Shown piece after piece: positions 1 through 10,198 of a DNA stretch of 14,950 nucleotides; the stretch's first letter is position 1; every line of letters begins with the position of its first letter. A program made the translations under genes and the position numbers. This DNA comes from Amoeboradix gromovi X-113. Its lineage: Eukaryota > Fungi > Sanchytriomycota. The notes below the pieces were generated by a model. The model saw only the letters and a program-made list of their open reading frames with translations, did not search any database and had not been told where the DNA came from. The stretch lies in the NCBI GenBank assembly GCA_018985225.1, contig JADGIF010000201.1, forward strand, positions 1-14,950, read 5' to 3'.

Positions 1-193
1 GTGATGTTTTATTTGAAATAAAGATTGGATGAAAGAGTAAGAGAATAGCTGTACAGAATATTTATTCTCCTTTTATACTCTTCAACTCCGCAACTAGCTG
101 AATGTCCACTCGCCTCTTAAATCCATAAAATTAATAAAGCTGAAATAATGTTCCAAGTTGTTAGTCCAGTTTTTATATTTGATGTCCCAGTTG
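1..193 (-). mobile_element. Partial copy (left-TIR half) of a ~490-bp MITE family, running off the left window edge
   Basis: The reverse complement of 1-190 aligns to 10202-10400 with 6 substitutions, a 1-bp indel and a 10-bp deletion (TAGAAAGTTA). The copy ends ...TTTTTATATTTGATGTCCCAGTTG followed by TA (194-195). Confidence 0.9.
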
Positions 194-232
194 TAAACTA
201 GTTACTGCAATCCAGATAAATGCTTTATTTCA

Positions 233-1450
233 TTAATTTATCAAGTTTTTAAAACAACGAGCCAATTCATTTACATCAAACTTTTCATATGCTGACTTAT
301 AATCAGCCACAACCTCACCATGACGATCATTCAAAAATAGTTCCTTCACCTCTGAGTCTATATTTTTATAATTTTGTAGCAGTCCATTGTAAAAGTAATA
401 GCCCATACCCCCTAGTAATTCCACGTTATCAGGAATTTTTAGATGCGATCTCAAATAAAATATTCCGCTGAAATTAAACAAATCAAGGTTGCTAACGCTA
501 TCATCATTAAATATTATGTTCAAATTGTGTGCTAAAATTGTGCTTTCACGTAGTTCTAGGTTTTTGATACTCTGAACACTAGATTCATCTACTGCAGTTC
601 TGATTGTATTGATAAACCACGAAGGGCCATCATTAGCATTCAACTCTCGACGGTCAATTTCAACAACAGATAGCAAATAAATCCAGTCGTCCGCAGTAAT
701 TTTATAATCACCTTGACAAATAACTAAATGCGAATCCTCTGTAATAGGACGAAGTATTCCAGTGCGGTAGTTAGTTGAGCAATATCTATATATTACGAAA
801 GCTCGGATATCTCTATTTATTATGATAGAGCTCATTCTTGGGATGGGAAAGTATCCATCGACTTCGATTCTAAATTCCAACATATTCTGAATATCCTCAA
901 GTGGCAAAGTATTAATGCGGCCATCAATCTCATAGAAAGGGTTATCAAGAGAGTGCAGTCGAATGAACTGATATAAGATGGCGTAGTACCTCAAATCCAA
1001 TGGTTTAGACTCAAGTAAATCACCTTCATAACTCTTCTGATAAAGATCATCATAGTAATTATGAATGAATATTACCTTTCTAAGAAACGAGTTCACAACA
1101 CTCGAAGAAAGCATTTTTGGATTGTCGAGAAATTCAGCCATAAAATGTAGATCTTCAATCTTATCGGCTATTTCTTGGCACTTTGATTTTGGCGTAGAAG
1201 TATATCCTCGTAATACTCTAATTAAACGGGGACGCTTAGATAATAGAGGCAAACTACTTTCAATATATGCGCAATTCAACAATTTGTTGGGACAATTATT
1301 AATATACTCGAAAAATAACTTACGGGATGCTATATCCGCATTACAGTCTACTGTGCTAGTAATGAGTGGTCTGAACACCTTTTCTACACTTTCAACATCC
1401 GGGCATCCTTCAGTCAAACTTGCAAACATTAACGGAAAAATTAGGATCAT
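233..1450 (-). CDS. Hypothetical orphan protein, 405 aa, possible N-terminal signal peptide
   Basis: Long uninterrupted ATG-TAA ORF in AT-rich DNA with a hydrophobic N-terminus (MILIFPLMFASLTEGC). I recognise no domain. Confidence 0.8.
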   Translation of the reverse strand: MILIFPLMFASLTEGCPDVESVEKVFRPLITSTVDCNADIASRKLFFEYINNCPNKLLNCAYIESSLPLLSKRPRLIRVLRGYTSTPKSKCQEIADKIEDLHFMAEFLDNPKMLSSSVVNSFLRKVIFIHNYYDDLYQKSYEGDLLESKPLDLRYYAILYQFIRLHSLDNPFYEIDGRINTLPLEDIQNMLEFRIEVDGYFPIPRMSSIIINRDIRAFVIYRYCSTNYRTGILRPITEDSHLVICQGDYKITADDWIYLLSVVEIDRRELNANDGPSWFINTIRTAVDESSVQSIKNLELRESTILAHNLNIIFNDDSVSNLDLFNFSGIFYLRSHLKIPDNVELLGGMGYYFYNGLLQNYKNIDSEVKELFLNDRHGEVVADYKSAYEKFDVNELARCFKNLIN

Positions 1451-2486
1451 GTGTTAGGAGGAGTACAATCATCCGGAAACACGGGACAATATACTAGAAA
1501 CATGAGCAAGCACTTTAACAAAATTATTAGAATTGTTGGTGTCTTTTGGAAATTCTCAATTTTCTCTTAAATCAGTACTTTCAATAAGTTTCACAAGTTT
1601 GTAAGCAGAGAAAATGGAGACCATGAATTTTGAGAGATTTTAAAAGAAAGCAAATAGTCAAAATCAAGCATATGCTATTAAGCACAGCGCATGATTGTAC
1701 ATCGGCTCAAGTAATAGTATTTTGGCAACCTATAATACAATAACTACTGATATTCCTTATACACATCTTAAAATAAACGACTCAGCTTATTTGCAGTCTA
1801 CCTTAACAGATGAGAGATAGCTAGCTAGAAACATTTGGGACCCATTTCAGAAAATATGCGCAATTCTAAGTTGGAACATCCCCTGGAAAAATGTCTCGGC
1901 CCCATAATATGCCATTAAACTTTTTCTCCGTATGAAAATGCACTGGCAATATCTCTTTCAAAATAGCTTGGATAATTAACACTTATCATACTTTGCAATG
2001 TCTCAACCAATAACCATTTTTATATCCTGTCTCGAGGTTTGTAATGTAGCATCTGATAACATAAAGACGCCGAATTCTAGTGTGCTTTCTAGGTGTTTCT
2101 TTTACTTGGGAATGAGGACATTTTATCAAAATGGTTCACATGTTTTTGATACAACTATGAGATGAGAAGCTTAAGTATCAGTTATGAATGCAAAACGTAT
2201 AATACTATCCTTGGCATAAAGACTAAGTTAAAATCCGCTGAAAAATGGGATCTGATAGAGCGCTAAATACTAATAGAGATCCAAGCAGATACTTAAATAC
2301 ACGATGAGAAAATCTAGAAGCTATAACATACTCTTTATAAAATCTTACATTTTACTTGATAACGGATCACTTTCACATGATTCCAGCGCAATGAGCATTT
2401 ACAGACAGGGCCATGTGCACCTTGAGTCTCACATTTCAACACATGTTTGGAATCCTTGTGAAACAAAGGTCCTAAGTCAAAGCATA

Positions 2487-4244
2487 ATGAACTCTGCTCT
2501 AAGGTCTGTGTGTATCTTCGCGATATACCTAATAAGTTTAAACATACACGATACAGAGTTTCCTAAATTTCCGGCAAAAAGGATTATTTTTGTTGACTAT
2601 GCTAAATTAAAAATGCTGAGAAATCTTAAAAGCCCCATAAAAGACAAGCACTGCACATATCCGTTTAAAAACTTTTTAACAGACCTCGATAAACAGTTGT
2701 TCATCCAGTGTATCACTCGTACAGCAAAAATGGATGTTCCGGATGCCAGTACACTGGAGGATGCTCTGTACTTTTACAAAAAACGCTATGGTACAACCCC
2801 ATTGCACTTTAATACCTGGTATAAGTTTGCGAGTGAGAGAAATTGTAGAATCAACCGATATGATCAACTTAACGAGCAATTGAGTCAATTTAAAAAGAAG
2901 CCAAATGACTATAGACGCATTCTTAGCTTGCTACCCGAGTTTTTTGGGAATGACCAGTTAACCAGTGTAGATGTTAAAAATGGGGTAGCAAGTGTTGTTC
3001 TGAACAACAAAAGAGCAAGCGCTTATCTCCCGATTTTTGAACGTTTGCAGAAAATGATACCCGATATGAACTTCCTTATAAATACCCATGCTCAGCCAGT
3101 AGTCATCGGAAACTCATATTATCAAAAAAGCAATGCTCTGGTCAAATTTAATCAAAACTACGACGAGTTTGGCAGTGTAACTCTATTTAACAAGAGCCAA
3201 TACAGTGAGAGTTCTTCAAACGTGAATCTGTTCTCGCTTCTAGATAAAAATTGTAAAGTTAACACCTACAGATCATCACTAGAACAGGGTTACGGATTAT
3301 TTATTAATGCACCAACAGAGTACCAAACATTGACGACTGCCCCTATTTTATCCTGGGGCGGCTATCCGGGATGTAGTAATGATATACTGATACCCTCAGT
3401 TTTTCATTACGATTTTCAAAAGAGGATGCGAATGACCTATCACTACCCTAGTTGGGGTAGCAAATACCAAAGGCTGATATGGCGAGGTACAACATCTGGG
3501 ACACCCTTCCCAGACCCACTTAATATGCAGTTCAAACCAGATCATATTTGTACTTCTCATGACGAATGCGGCACAAATCAGACAGAGATTACAAAACCGG
3601 AGGAATACGGCCACCGGGCGTGGTTCTATTCACATAGACAGCGAGCTGTTACCATCAGTGACACATACGACGACATGTTGGATTTGCAATTTGTCTCGGG
3701 AGTGGAAATGAGTGAGGAAGCGTACGATGAAATATTTAAATTCAACACCAAATCAAATGATATGGCATTTTCTTTGTTTTTTAACAGTAAGTTTATATTA
3801 GATATAGATGGTAATGGGTATAGTAGCAGGTTCCTGCACCTGTTAAAAGGCAACTCACTTATATTTAGTGCCCACTATGCGTTAGACTGGTTTTCCGATA
3901 TTGCTATACCATTCTACCATTTTATACCAGTTAATATGGGGTTTGATAAAATAGATTATCATGCACTGCCGGTTAAACTAAGGAAACAATTGATAGAAAA
4001 AAGAGTTGAGAATCCAAAGTTCGAGTTTAAAAGAAAGGATGAGAATGATGTGTACAACTCCCCTCTTGGATACAATGATTTGGCGCCCAAGGTTCTTTAC
4101 TATCAGAATAACCTGGACCTATCTGAGCAGTTGGCGCTGAATGGTCAAGCTTTTGCAAATAAGTATTTGAGAAATGAAGACATGGATTGCTACATCTTTA
4201 GGGCAGTTATTGAACTGCACGACATACTTGAAAATGAGACGTAA
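2487..4244 (+). CDS. CAP10/Cxt1-like glycosyltransferase (CAZy GT90), putative xylosyltransferase
   Basis: GT90/CAP10 motifs: Y-KKRYG-TP-HFNTWYKFA, LIWRGTTSG, SHRQR, KFILDIDGNGYSSRF, DWFSDIAIPFYHFIPV and LALNGQAFANKYLRNEDMDCYIFR. The ORF is open from 2304. ATG 2487 (MNSALRSVCIFAIYLISL) precedes a signal-anchor-like segment and is my preferred start, but the start is uncertain. Confidence 0.9.
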   Translation: MNSALRSVCIFAIYLISLNIHDTEFPKFPAKRIIFVDYAKLKMLRNLKSPIKDKHCTYPFKNFLTDLDKQLFIQCITRTAKMDVPDASTLEDALYFYKKRYGTTPLHFNTWYKFASERNCRINRYDQLNEQLSQFKKKPNDYRRILSLLPEFFGNDQLTSVDVKNGVASVVLNNKRASAYLPIFERLQKMIPDMNFLINTHAQPVVIGNSYYQKSNALVKFNQNYDEFGSVTLFNKSQYSESSSNVNLFSLLDKNCKVNTYRSSLEQGYGLFINAPTEYQTLTTAPILSWGGYPGCSNDILIPSVFHYDFQKRMRMTYHYPSWGSKYQRLIWRGTTSGTPFPDPLNMQFKPDHICTSHDECGTNQTEITKPEEYGHRAWFYSHRQRAVTISDTYDDMLDLQFVSGVEMSEEAYDEIFKFNTKSNDMAFSLFFNSKFILDIDGNGYSSRFLHLLKGNSLIFSAHYALDWFSDIAIPFYHFIPVNMGFDKIDYHALPVKLRKQLIEKRVENPKFEFKRKDENDVYNSPLGYNDLAPKVLYYQNNLDLSEQLALNGQAFANKYLRNEDMDCYIFRAVIELHDILENET

Positions 4245-4935
4245 AATAATAAAAGGTCTTGCTTTTAAATTGTCACCTTAGCGTTATTTAGCAATTATTC
4301 ACTTTTTCATTAATTGCTTAAATCTTTGTAAATATCGTTCTCTGTCTACTTCGAAATGACCATCTAATGTGCTCTAATATCTTCGGTGTCAGCGTACTCC
4401 TTGGACAAATCACTGGCTTAAATTTTAACATTACCTTTTTGTTTATTGATGAAACTCTCACATACTGGATGGTCTTTCAAGGAAGATAAAGGATACTAGA
4501 CAACTCGTGATTGTCTTACTAATAAAGGTATCATTTCACCAGCGTTGAAATACATCCTATGATTTTTAATTGAGTGCATTCTGCATCCCTTGTTGCGCCT
4601 TTTAGATTTGAGATATTCAGCTTGTATTGATTTGGAGACATCTATCAATATGGAAAGAACGAAATCTAGTACTTGTGCAACTGGAAAAGTTTAAAAAGGA
4701 AAGCTGTTCGAGTGACAATATTCGTGTAATCACAATATACAATTTATTTAGTTAAAACCGATAACTACTTGAGTTCCATTACTGCTAATCCTTTACTTAT
4801 CCGCAAACAGAAGACTTTTCACATCAATACCTAATGTAGATAATTGAATATAAATCAGGTGCTGTAATAACTCAATATGTACTCCCAATGTAACATATCC
4901 AAAGCGATAAAATTCCAGGTATATTCAAAGGATGC

Positions 4936-5193
4936 TCACTCTTCAAATGGAAATGCAGTAGCTACAGATGCATCTATTTCCAGTTTTTCATCAAAAAGAG
5001 GAATATAGTGGATCACACAGGACTCCGCCTGAATATAAACCCTATGGAACTGAGGAACAGCCACTGAAGACCCTTCATGCAATTCATGGCGAGTGTCATC
5101 GAATACCACATTTAGTATTCCCAATTCTACATAAATTATTGAATCCACTTTAGCTACCCAATAATGCTCATAATTCGTAATGGATAGCTTCAT
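4936..5193 (-). CDS. Small cupin-barrel-like protein (~85 aa) or gene fragment
   Basis: IIYVELGILNVVFDDTRHELHEGSSVAVPQFH resembles the cupin pattern YVxxGxxxxxxD...LxxGxSVxVP. The first ATG in the frame is at 5193, and the ORF is divergent from the GT32 gene. Confidence 0.4.
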   Translation of the reverse strand: MKLSITNYEHYWVAKVDSIIYVELGILNVVFDDTRHELHEGSSVAVPQFHRVYIQAESCVIHYIPLFDEKLEIDASVATAFPFEE

Positions 5194-5346
5194 GGGTTTT
5201 AAAAAATAAATTACATTGTCAAACAAATAATTTATTCCGTTTTAAACAGGTGCAATAGAGACAATCCTTTGTCAAAGCCGCAGTAATCTGAAATACACAG
5301 TTTAAGTGATCTGTGCAAGTCCAACAAAAAGGAAGATCAACTCCGT

Positions 5347-6498
5347 ATGTTACAGCATTCAAATGGAAATCAAAAATCAGTCATAAATGACAGGTTAATA
5401 CTGTTTATAGTCTTGCTGTTAACCATATCACTATACTCAACCTTGGTTAGACCAGAAAATTTCACAGCACCGGATTTAACCCAGATTTCTCAATTTGACG
5501 ATTTGTATGTTAAAATGATTCATGAGACATCTAATGCACAAATATTAAAGCAGGAGGATCTTGAAGAGGACAAAGCAGACATGGAGCAAGCAAAAGGTGA
5601 AGATTCAAGCTGCGATGATCTGATTTGTAGAGCATCCGGTGGAAATTGTAAAAATGGAAATTGTGAAAATGACGGTGCGGCGGAACTAGATGTCGACCAA
5701 TTCAGCGTACCAAAACCACTCAAGAAATACAACTGGGAGAATGAAAACATAACCAATGCGATGCTCTTGAACCACACTGATAGTCAAATCCCGTTTATTT
5801 TTCATCGTTCATGGAAGAGCAGCAAGATTCCTGATCAACCTTATCCTTATTGGAGAAATGTTAAAAATTGCGATAAAACCCACCAAAATTGGGTGTCTGT
5901 TCTATGGACTGATGAGGATAACCTTGAGCTAGTAAGAAGAGACTATCCAGAGTACTTGTACATCTATCAGCGACTACAGAAAAGCATAGAAAGAGCGGAC
6001 TTTGCAAGGTATCTCTATCTTCATCGTTATGGTGGACTATACGTTGATCTGGATGTCGATTGTATTAAAAACAGTGAGGAATTGATAAAAGACAAAAAAG
6101 TGGTACTTGGTAAAATGGGCGAAGATTTTCCACATAATATTCCTAATGCAATCATGTACTCTGTAAAGGGCCATAAGTTCTGGCTCTTTGTAATTAATAT
6201 GATCACCGTTAAAATGCACCAGAATGCGGGGACTGAAGCCACTACTGGGCCTGCAATGCTCAAAGATTCGTATGAGCTGCTTCGAAAAGTAACTCCTTTT
6301 GATAATGAAATACACGTCACTGAGCCTGGTATACTGTATGGCGTAGATTGGCGATTGAGAGATGAAAAGTATCCTGAGTGCGGTTCTGCTCATACTTCGG
6401 CTGATTACGATAAATGTAAATTAAACTTTCCTAATGCATATCTAGTGACTTACTGGGCTCATCAGTGGGAAGATACTTCTAAAATGAGCAATACCTAA
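5347..6498 (+). CDS. GT32 DxD-motif mannosyltransferase (Sur1/Csg1/Och1-like), type II membrane protein
   Basis: N-terminal TM anchor LILFIVLLLTISLYSTLV, then IPFIFHRSWKS, WTDEDN, ERADFARYLYLHRYGGLYVDLDV (DxD), NAIMYS..GHKFW and TTGPAML. Confidence 0.92.
   Translation: MLQHSNGNQKSVINDRLILFIVLLLTISLYSTLVRPENFTAPDLTQISQFDDLYVKMIHETSNAQILKQEDLEEDKADMEQAKGEDSSCDDLICRASGGNCKNGNCENDGAAELDVDQFSVPKPLKKYNWENENITNAMLLNHTDSQIPFIFHRSWKSSKIPDQPYPYWRNVKNCDKTHQNWVSVLWTDEDNLELVRRDYPEYLYIYQRLQKSIERADFARYLYLHRYGGLYVDLDVDCIKNSEELIKDKKVVLGKMGEDFPHNIPNAIMYSVKGHKFWLFVINMITVKMHQNAGTEATTGPAMLKDSYELLRKVTPFDNEIHVTEPGILYGVDWRLRDEKYPECGSAHTSADYDKCKLNFPNAYLVTYWAHQWEDTSKMSNT
5641..5670 (+). repeat. 15-bp tandem duplication encoding GNCKN/GNCEN in the GT32 stem region
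   Basis: GGAAATTGTAAAAAT GGAAATTGTGAAAAT, 14/15 identical. Confidence 0.7.
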
Positions 6499-6518
6499 TA
6501 AAAATTATTTTACTTCTT

Positions 6519-7670
6519 TTAATATCGTTTGCGTTGTTGATACTGAGGTCTTGGGCTCGACCCCTGTCTATGTTGCTGTTGAGATCTTTGCTGCGATTGC
6601 GCTTGCGGGACTTCCTGCTGTTTACCTCTTGCGACAGGATTCAAAACATCGTCAGTTGTCTTCACCATTCTTTTCAATTTGTTCATAATTGCTTTGCGTA
6701 TATCTGAATTAGCTTTGCATTGGTCTAGTCTCAATGATTTGTTACATTTAGGACAATCTAGTTTAGCTTGTTCAATGGCCTCGTTTAAGCAGACTTCACA
6801 CGCTGTGTGCGTACATGGCAGTTTCATGCAGTTGCGTGCAACCAGGAGGCAATAAACGCACTTCCATGTTGGTGGGGTCTTTTCAGTTGACAGTTTGGCA
6901 TACAGTTGATCTGTAGAGACGGTACCACCCTGTAGGTTCTGTAAGGCTGATTCGTCAGTAATCACTTGAACAACGGAACCATCTCCTGTCACCATTAATT
7001 CACCACGGTCGCCCTCCAGATTCTGTATACCGTTCACTGGCACTTTATCAATAATATTTAGCATGGATTTGGGGATCCCAGTGGCACGAGAAACACGCTT
7101 AACAACTTGGCCTTCATCCTGGACATTTGGGCAATCATAGATCCAATGATTTTTTAAACCACATTTGTAGCATACATAATTGGGTGGAGGTAGCTCGCCT
7201 TTAGGCCTTTTTATTTGCTGTTGCTGCTGGGCAGGTCTCTTCAAGTCTTCATTATTAAACATCAATGCAATCTTTTCATCCTCTGTAAGTTCCTTTTTTT
7301 CTTCCTTTTCTTGATTCAAACCTGGTATTGTAAGTAAAAGAGATTCTAACTGATTAGTGGTTACAGTAGTACCAGGTATATAACCGCTAGTAGACTGGAC
7401 AGGCTGCAAAGATTGCTGAACATTAACTTTTTGTTTATTTGATATTGGGACACGTTTAAGTAGTACCTTGGCATTTCGCGGTACTTTATCTAGCTCAGAG
7501 TATGTCTCATCTTGTTCGTTGCAAACAATTAAATCGAAGTCTGTTAAAAATCCCTTCAAGTGCATTTTAGTAGCAATCTCTTGTTTTAGTGTACTGATGT
7601 CTATAGACAATCCGTCGCAGGCTATTTTGTTGTACGATTTTGCACTAATAAACTTGTAAAAAACCGACAT
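6519..7670 (-). CDS. MPE1: Mpe1/RBBP6 homolog (DWNN domain, CCHC zinc knuckle, RING), mRNA cleavage/polyadenylation factor
   Basis: DWNN start MSVFYKFISAK...DFDLIV..EQDETY...VPRNAKVLLKRVP, knuckle PPPNYVCYKCGLKNHWIYDCP, RATGIPKSML motif, and RING CVYC...PCTHTACEVC...CPKC. Confidence 0.95.
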   Translation of the reverse strand: MSVFYKFISAKSYNKIACDGLSIDISTLKQEIATKMHLKGFLTDFDLIVCNEQDETYSELDKVPRNAKVLLKRVPISNKQKVNVQQSLQPVQSTSGYIPGTTVTTNQLESLLLTIPGLNQEKEEKKELTEDEKIALMFNNEDLKRPAQQQQQIKRPKGELPPPNYVCYKCGLKNHWIYDCPNVQDEGQVVKRVSRATGIPKSMLNIIDKVPVNGIQNLEGDRGELMVTGDGSVVQVITDESALQNLQGGTVSTDQLYAKLSTEKTPPTWKCVYCLLVARNCMKLPCTHTACEVCLNEAIEQAKLDCPKCNKSLRLDQCKANSDIRKAIMNKLKRMVKTTDDVLNPVARGKQQEVPQAQSQQRSQQQHRQGSSPRPQYQQRKRY

Positions 7671-7771
7671 ATAACTTTCTAGAAGGAGGTTTTAAAAATA
7701 CGCGATGAATGCCAATCCAAATAAAAAGAAATAGAAGCACACAAGTGCTTCATAATGACTCTTTATGTTAG

Positions 7772-8675
7772 TTATAATGGTGTTTTACTGTTTTTGTACT
7801 TTAAATCGCGTTTCACTTGTTCAATATAATTTTTGATCATATCCCACTTTATATCAGTATATCTTCCTGCGAATTTAGTCTCAAACGCAGATAATACATC
7901 ACTTGAAGGTTCTGACAGAATCATATCATTCAAGGCAGCAAGTGCAAAATACGCACCTTTGTCCTGTTCAGAAAGCAATTTATAGTCGTAAACACCCCCT
8001 CCAAGGGAGTCGTCTTGCAGCTGCGATTCGAAAAATGCTCTAGTAGTGTTCTTGTCTTTAATTGCCAAGCAGAAAGCTATAGAAACACCATATTCTTCTT
8101 AATCATAAATGTAGTAAGTTTTCTCAGTGTCAGGACTACAACGGGAACTAAAGACTGCCACTCTTGTAAAGTTGATAATACTTTTTGAAATATTCCGCGG
8201 ATAAGTGCTTACTCGATTCATATAAAAACACAATCTGAAATCCACTTTTGGATTGAGATCTATGGCATTTATGATCCCATATAAACATTCGCCTTCCTGT
8301 TTTATTTGAAAAAACCAGCTATTGCAATATATAGCTTTCACTTTGTGGAGAAAAGTGATTGCATTGCTTGAACAACAAGCTCTGCCACTTCCTTGTAACC
8401 CAAGTTGCCCCCTTCAATTTGGTTCTTCACTAATTCATTATAACCTTGAGCACTATCACTTAATGAGATCCCATAAAATATATCGCTAATTGGCATAGAA
8501 TTCTTGTATTTTTCGAATACCCAAGAAAGATCTCTAAAATCATATTCTGGTGTAAGTAGTGCCTGTGTTGGCACCCTTGAACATTTTTTTGCTTCCGACC
8601 CTCGGTACAGAAAAAATTCATCCAGTTGAATAGGACGAAGGACCAAGTTGATAGAAAAAATAATATTCGAAATAT
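7772..8675 (-). pseudogene. Disrupted orphan gene (~300 codons), a pseudogene or a gene with short introns
   Basis: Three abutting minus-strand ORFs (8338-8646, 8099-8341, 7772-8068). The last two share a frame and are separated by a single TAA (8099-8101). The first two differ by one frameshift. A signal-peptide-like stretch (ATA-FRILFFLSTWS) lies one further frameshift upstream and has no ATG. Confidence 0.55.
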
Positions 8676-8779
8676 TTGCCTAATTTCAGGTGTTAAAACT
8701 AAGTGATGTATTTTATAGTAGATGTCTCAAAGATATTGCAACTAATTAGATCTTAAATGAATCAGCATTGCTTTGTTAA

Positions 8780-9781
8780 CTATTTATTGTTCATTTTTGT
8801 CAAACTTTCTAATTCCTTGACATCTTGGTCAAAAGTAAGCCATCCACTTTCTACAACTACTGTTTCTCTAATCAATCTCTTATGTATATCATATAGTCCA
8901 ATGATGTTATTAATATTTTGCACATCTTTATCCAAGATATCTTGCCCATTTGGCTCTCTATTACGCATTTTGCGCACATAGTGATCTAACATGATCAGAA
9001 CAATCCATTTGGCCTGATCCGCTTCCCAGTTATTGAATTCTGGGTCAGTTGTATCTATGTATTCTGCCGCATCTACGAATTTAAAAGCAGCTGCTTTACC
9101 AAACATGTCTTTATTGCAGTATGCAGTGTAGTAAATTCTTAAATTACCAAAGCACTCTTCCGGGCATAATTGCGCCAGTCCGACAAGGAGCTCGAGAGTA
9201 ACAGGATCTGAATTAACAGTCTGCGGTGTTAACGGAATAATGTCTCTTATAAAAAGAGGCCAATCCTTGTCTTTTAGAGACCTAAATAACACAACTAAAT
9301 TTCCTATGAACATGTTAGTATCCGTGATCTTTCTATAAAGATCAAATAGACTCTCTAGACCTGGTACATTTCTATCCAAATTTAAAACAACTAATTTTAC
9401 TTCTTGAAATGAATTAATCTGTTCCTGGGTTGGTGTTGAAGATGCCGCCAAAGTGATGATCTTGTTAAACTTTGAGTTTCTGTCGTATCCAGAATTGCAA
9501 ACTGAACCGTCATCCTGCTTAATATTTCCAGCTTGCAAAGCTTCGTTAGAGCCATGCCGCGGTTCGAAATCAGAAATGCCCAAGTTGCTGCAAGCATTCA
9601 ATATTGTAGATGGATTCGGTTTTTTGGAGAGACTGGCAATGTGTTTGCCATTCTGGCGTATTAAGCGAGGTCCACCGTAATTTAAAGGTGCAAAGAATGG
9701 AGTCATAGTTTGACCAAAAGTTGCTTCCAATTTAGTAATTCTAGGAACTGCAAATAGTAAAAATTCAAAAAGTAAAGGCAT
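8780..9781 (-). CDS. Hypothetical orphan protein, 333 aa, possible signal peptide
   Basis: Uninterrupted ATG-TAG ORF with a short hydrophobic N-terminus (MPLLFEFLLFAVP). I recognise no domain. Confidence 0.8.
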   Translation of the reverse strand: MPLLFEFLLFAVPRITKLEATFGQTMTPFFAPLNYGGPRLIRQNGKHIASLSKKPNPSTILNACSNLGISDFEPRHGSNEALQAGNIKQDDGSVCNSGYDRNSKFNKIITLAASSTPTQEQINSFQEVKLVVLNLDRNVPGLESLFDLYRKITDTNMFIGNLVVLFRSLKDKDWPLFIRDIIPLTPQTVNSDPVTLELLVGLAQLCPEECFGNLRIYYTAYCNKDMFGKAAAFKFVDAAEYIDTTDPEFNNWEADQAKWIVLIMLDHYVRKMRNREPNGQDILDKDVQNINNIIGLYDIHKRLIRETVVVESGWLTFDQDVKELESLTKMNNK

Positions 9782-10198
9782 ATGATACTAATAAAACGAG
9801 GGATAGCGGCATGAAATCAGTCATCGATTCTAATTGAATAAATCGTTTATAGCGATTACGTGAGTTTATCCCTTTAATAGCCTTTCTTTGAAAAGCATTG
9901 TAATTGCATAATATTTGACGTTATTTCTTTTCGTTACTGAGAAATGTCTGAAAATCATAACAGTGAGAATATCGTATGTAAAGAGATCACCAAGGGATAG
10001 AGAGTAACAGTGCGCCCTGAATGGTTTTAAATAAAAATTATCCTCCAAAGTGGGGGAGGAAGACATGGTATAATTTAATGAAGCATTTAACGGTCAAAAG
10101 AGTACGTTATGAACGTATTATTCGAGGAAAAAAAACTCATATGGAGTTAGAGAAAATGTCAGTTACAAGTAGATATGCATTAAAACTTGAAATAAATA

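Noticed and set aside
1500-2300. Possible decayed gene in the long spacer
   Set aside because: One plus-strand frame has moderately long open stretches but several stops and no recognisable motif, so I cannot support it.
4310-4700. TAA/TAG=Gln recoding (as in Amoeboaphelidium protococcarum) to explain the stop-interrupted frames
   Set aside because: Conserved genes here (GT90, GT32, MPE1, thioesterase) end at TAA or TAG at the expected positions and encode Gln with CAA/CAG without internal stops.
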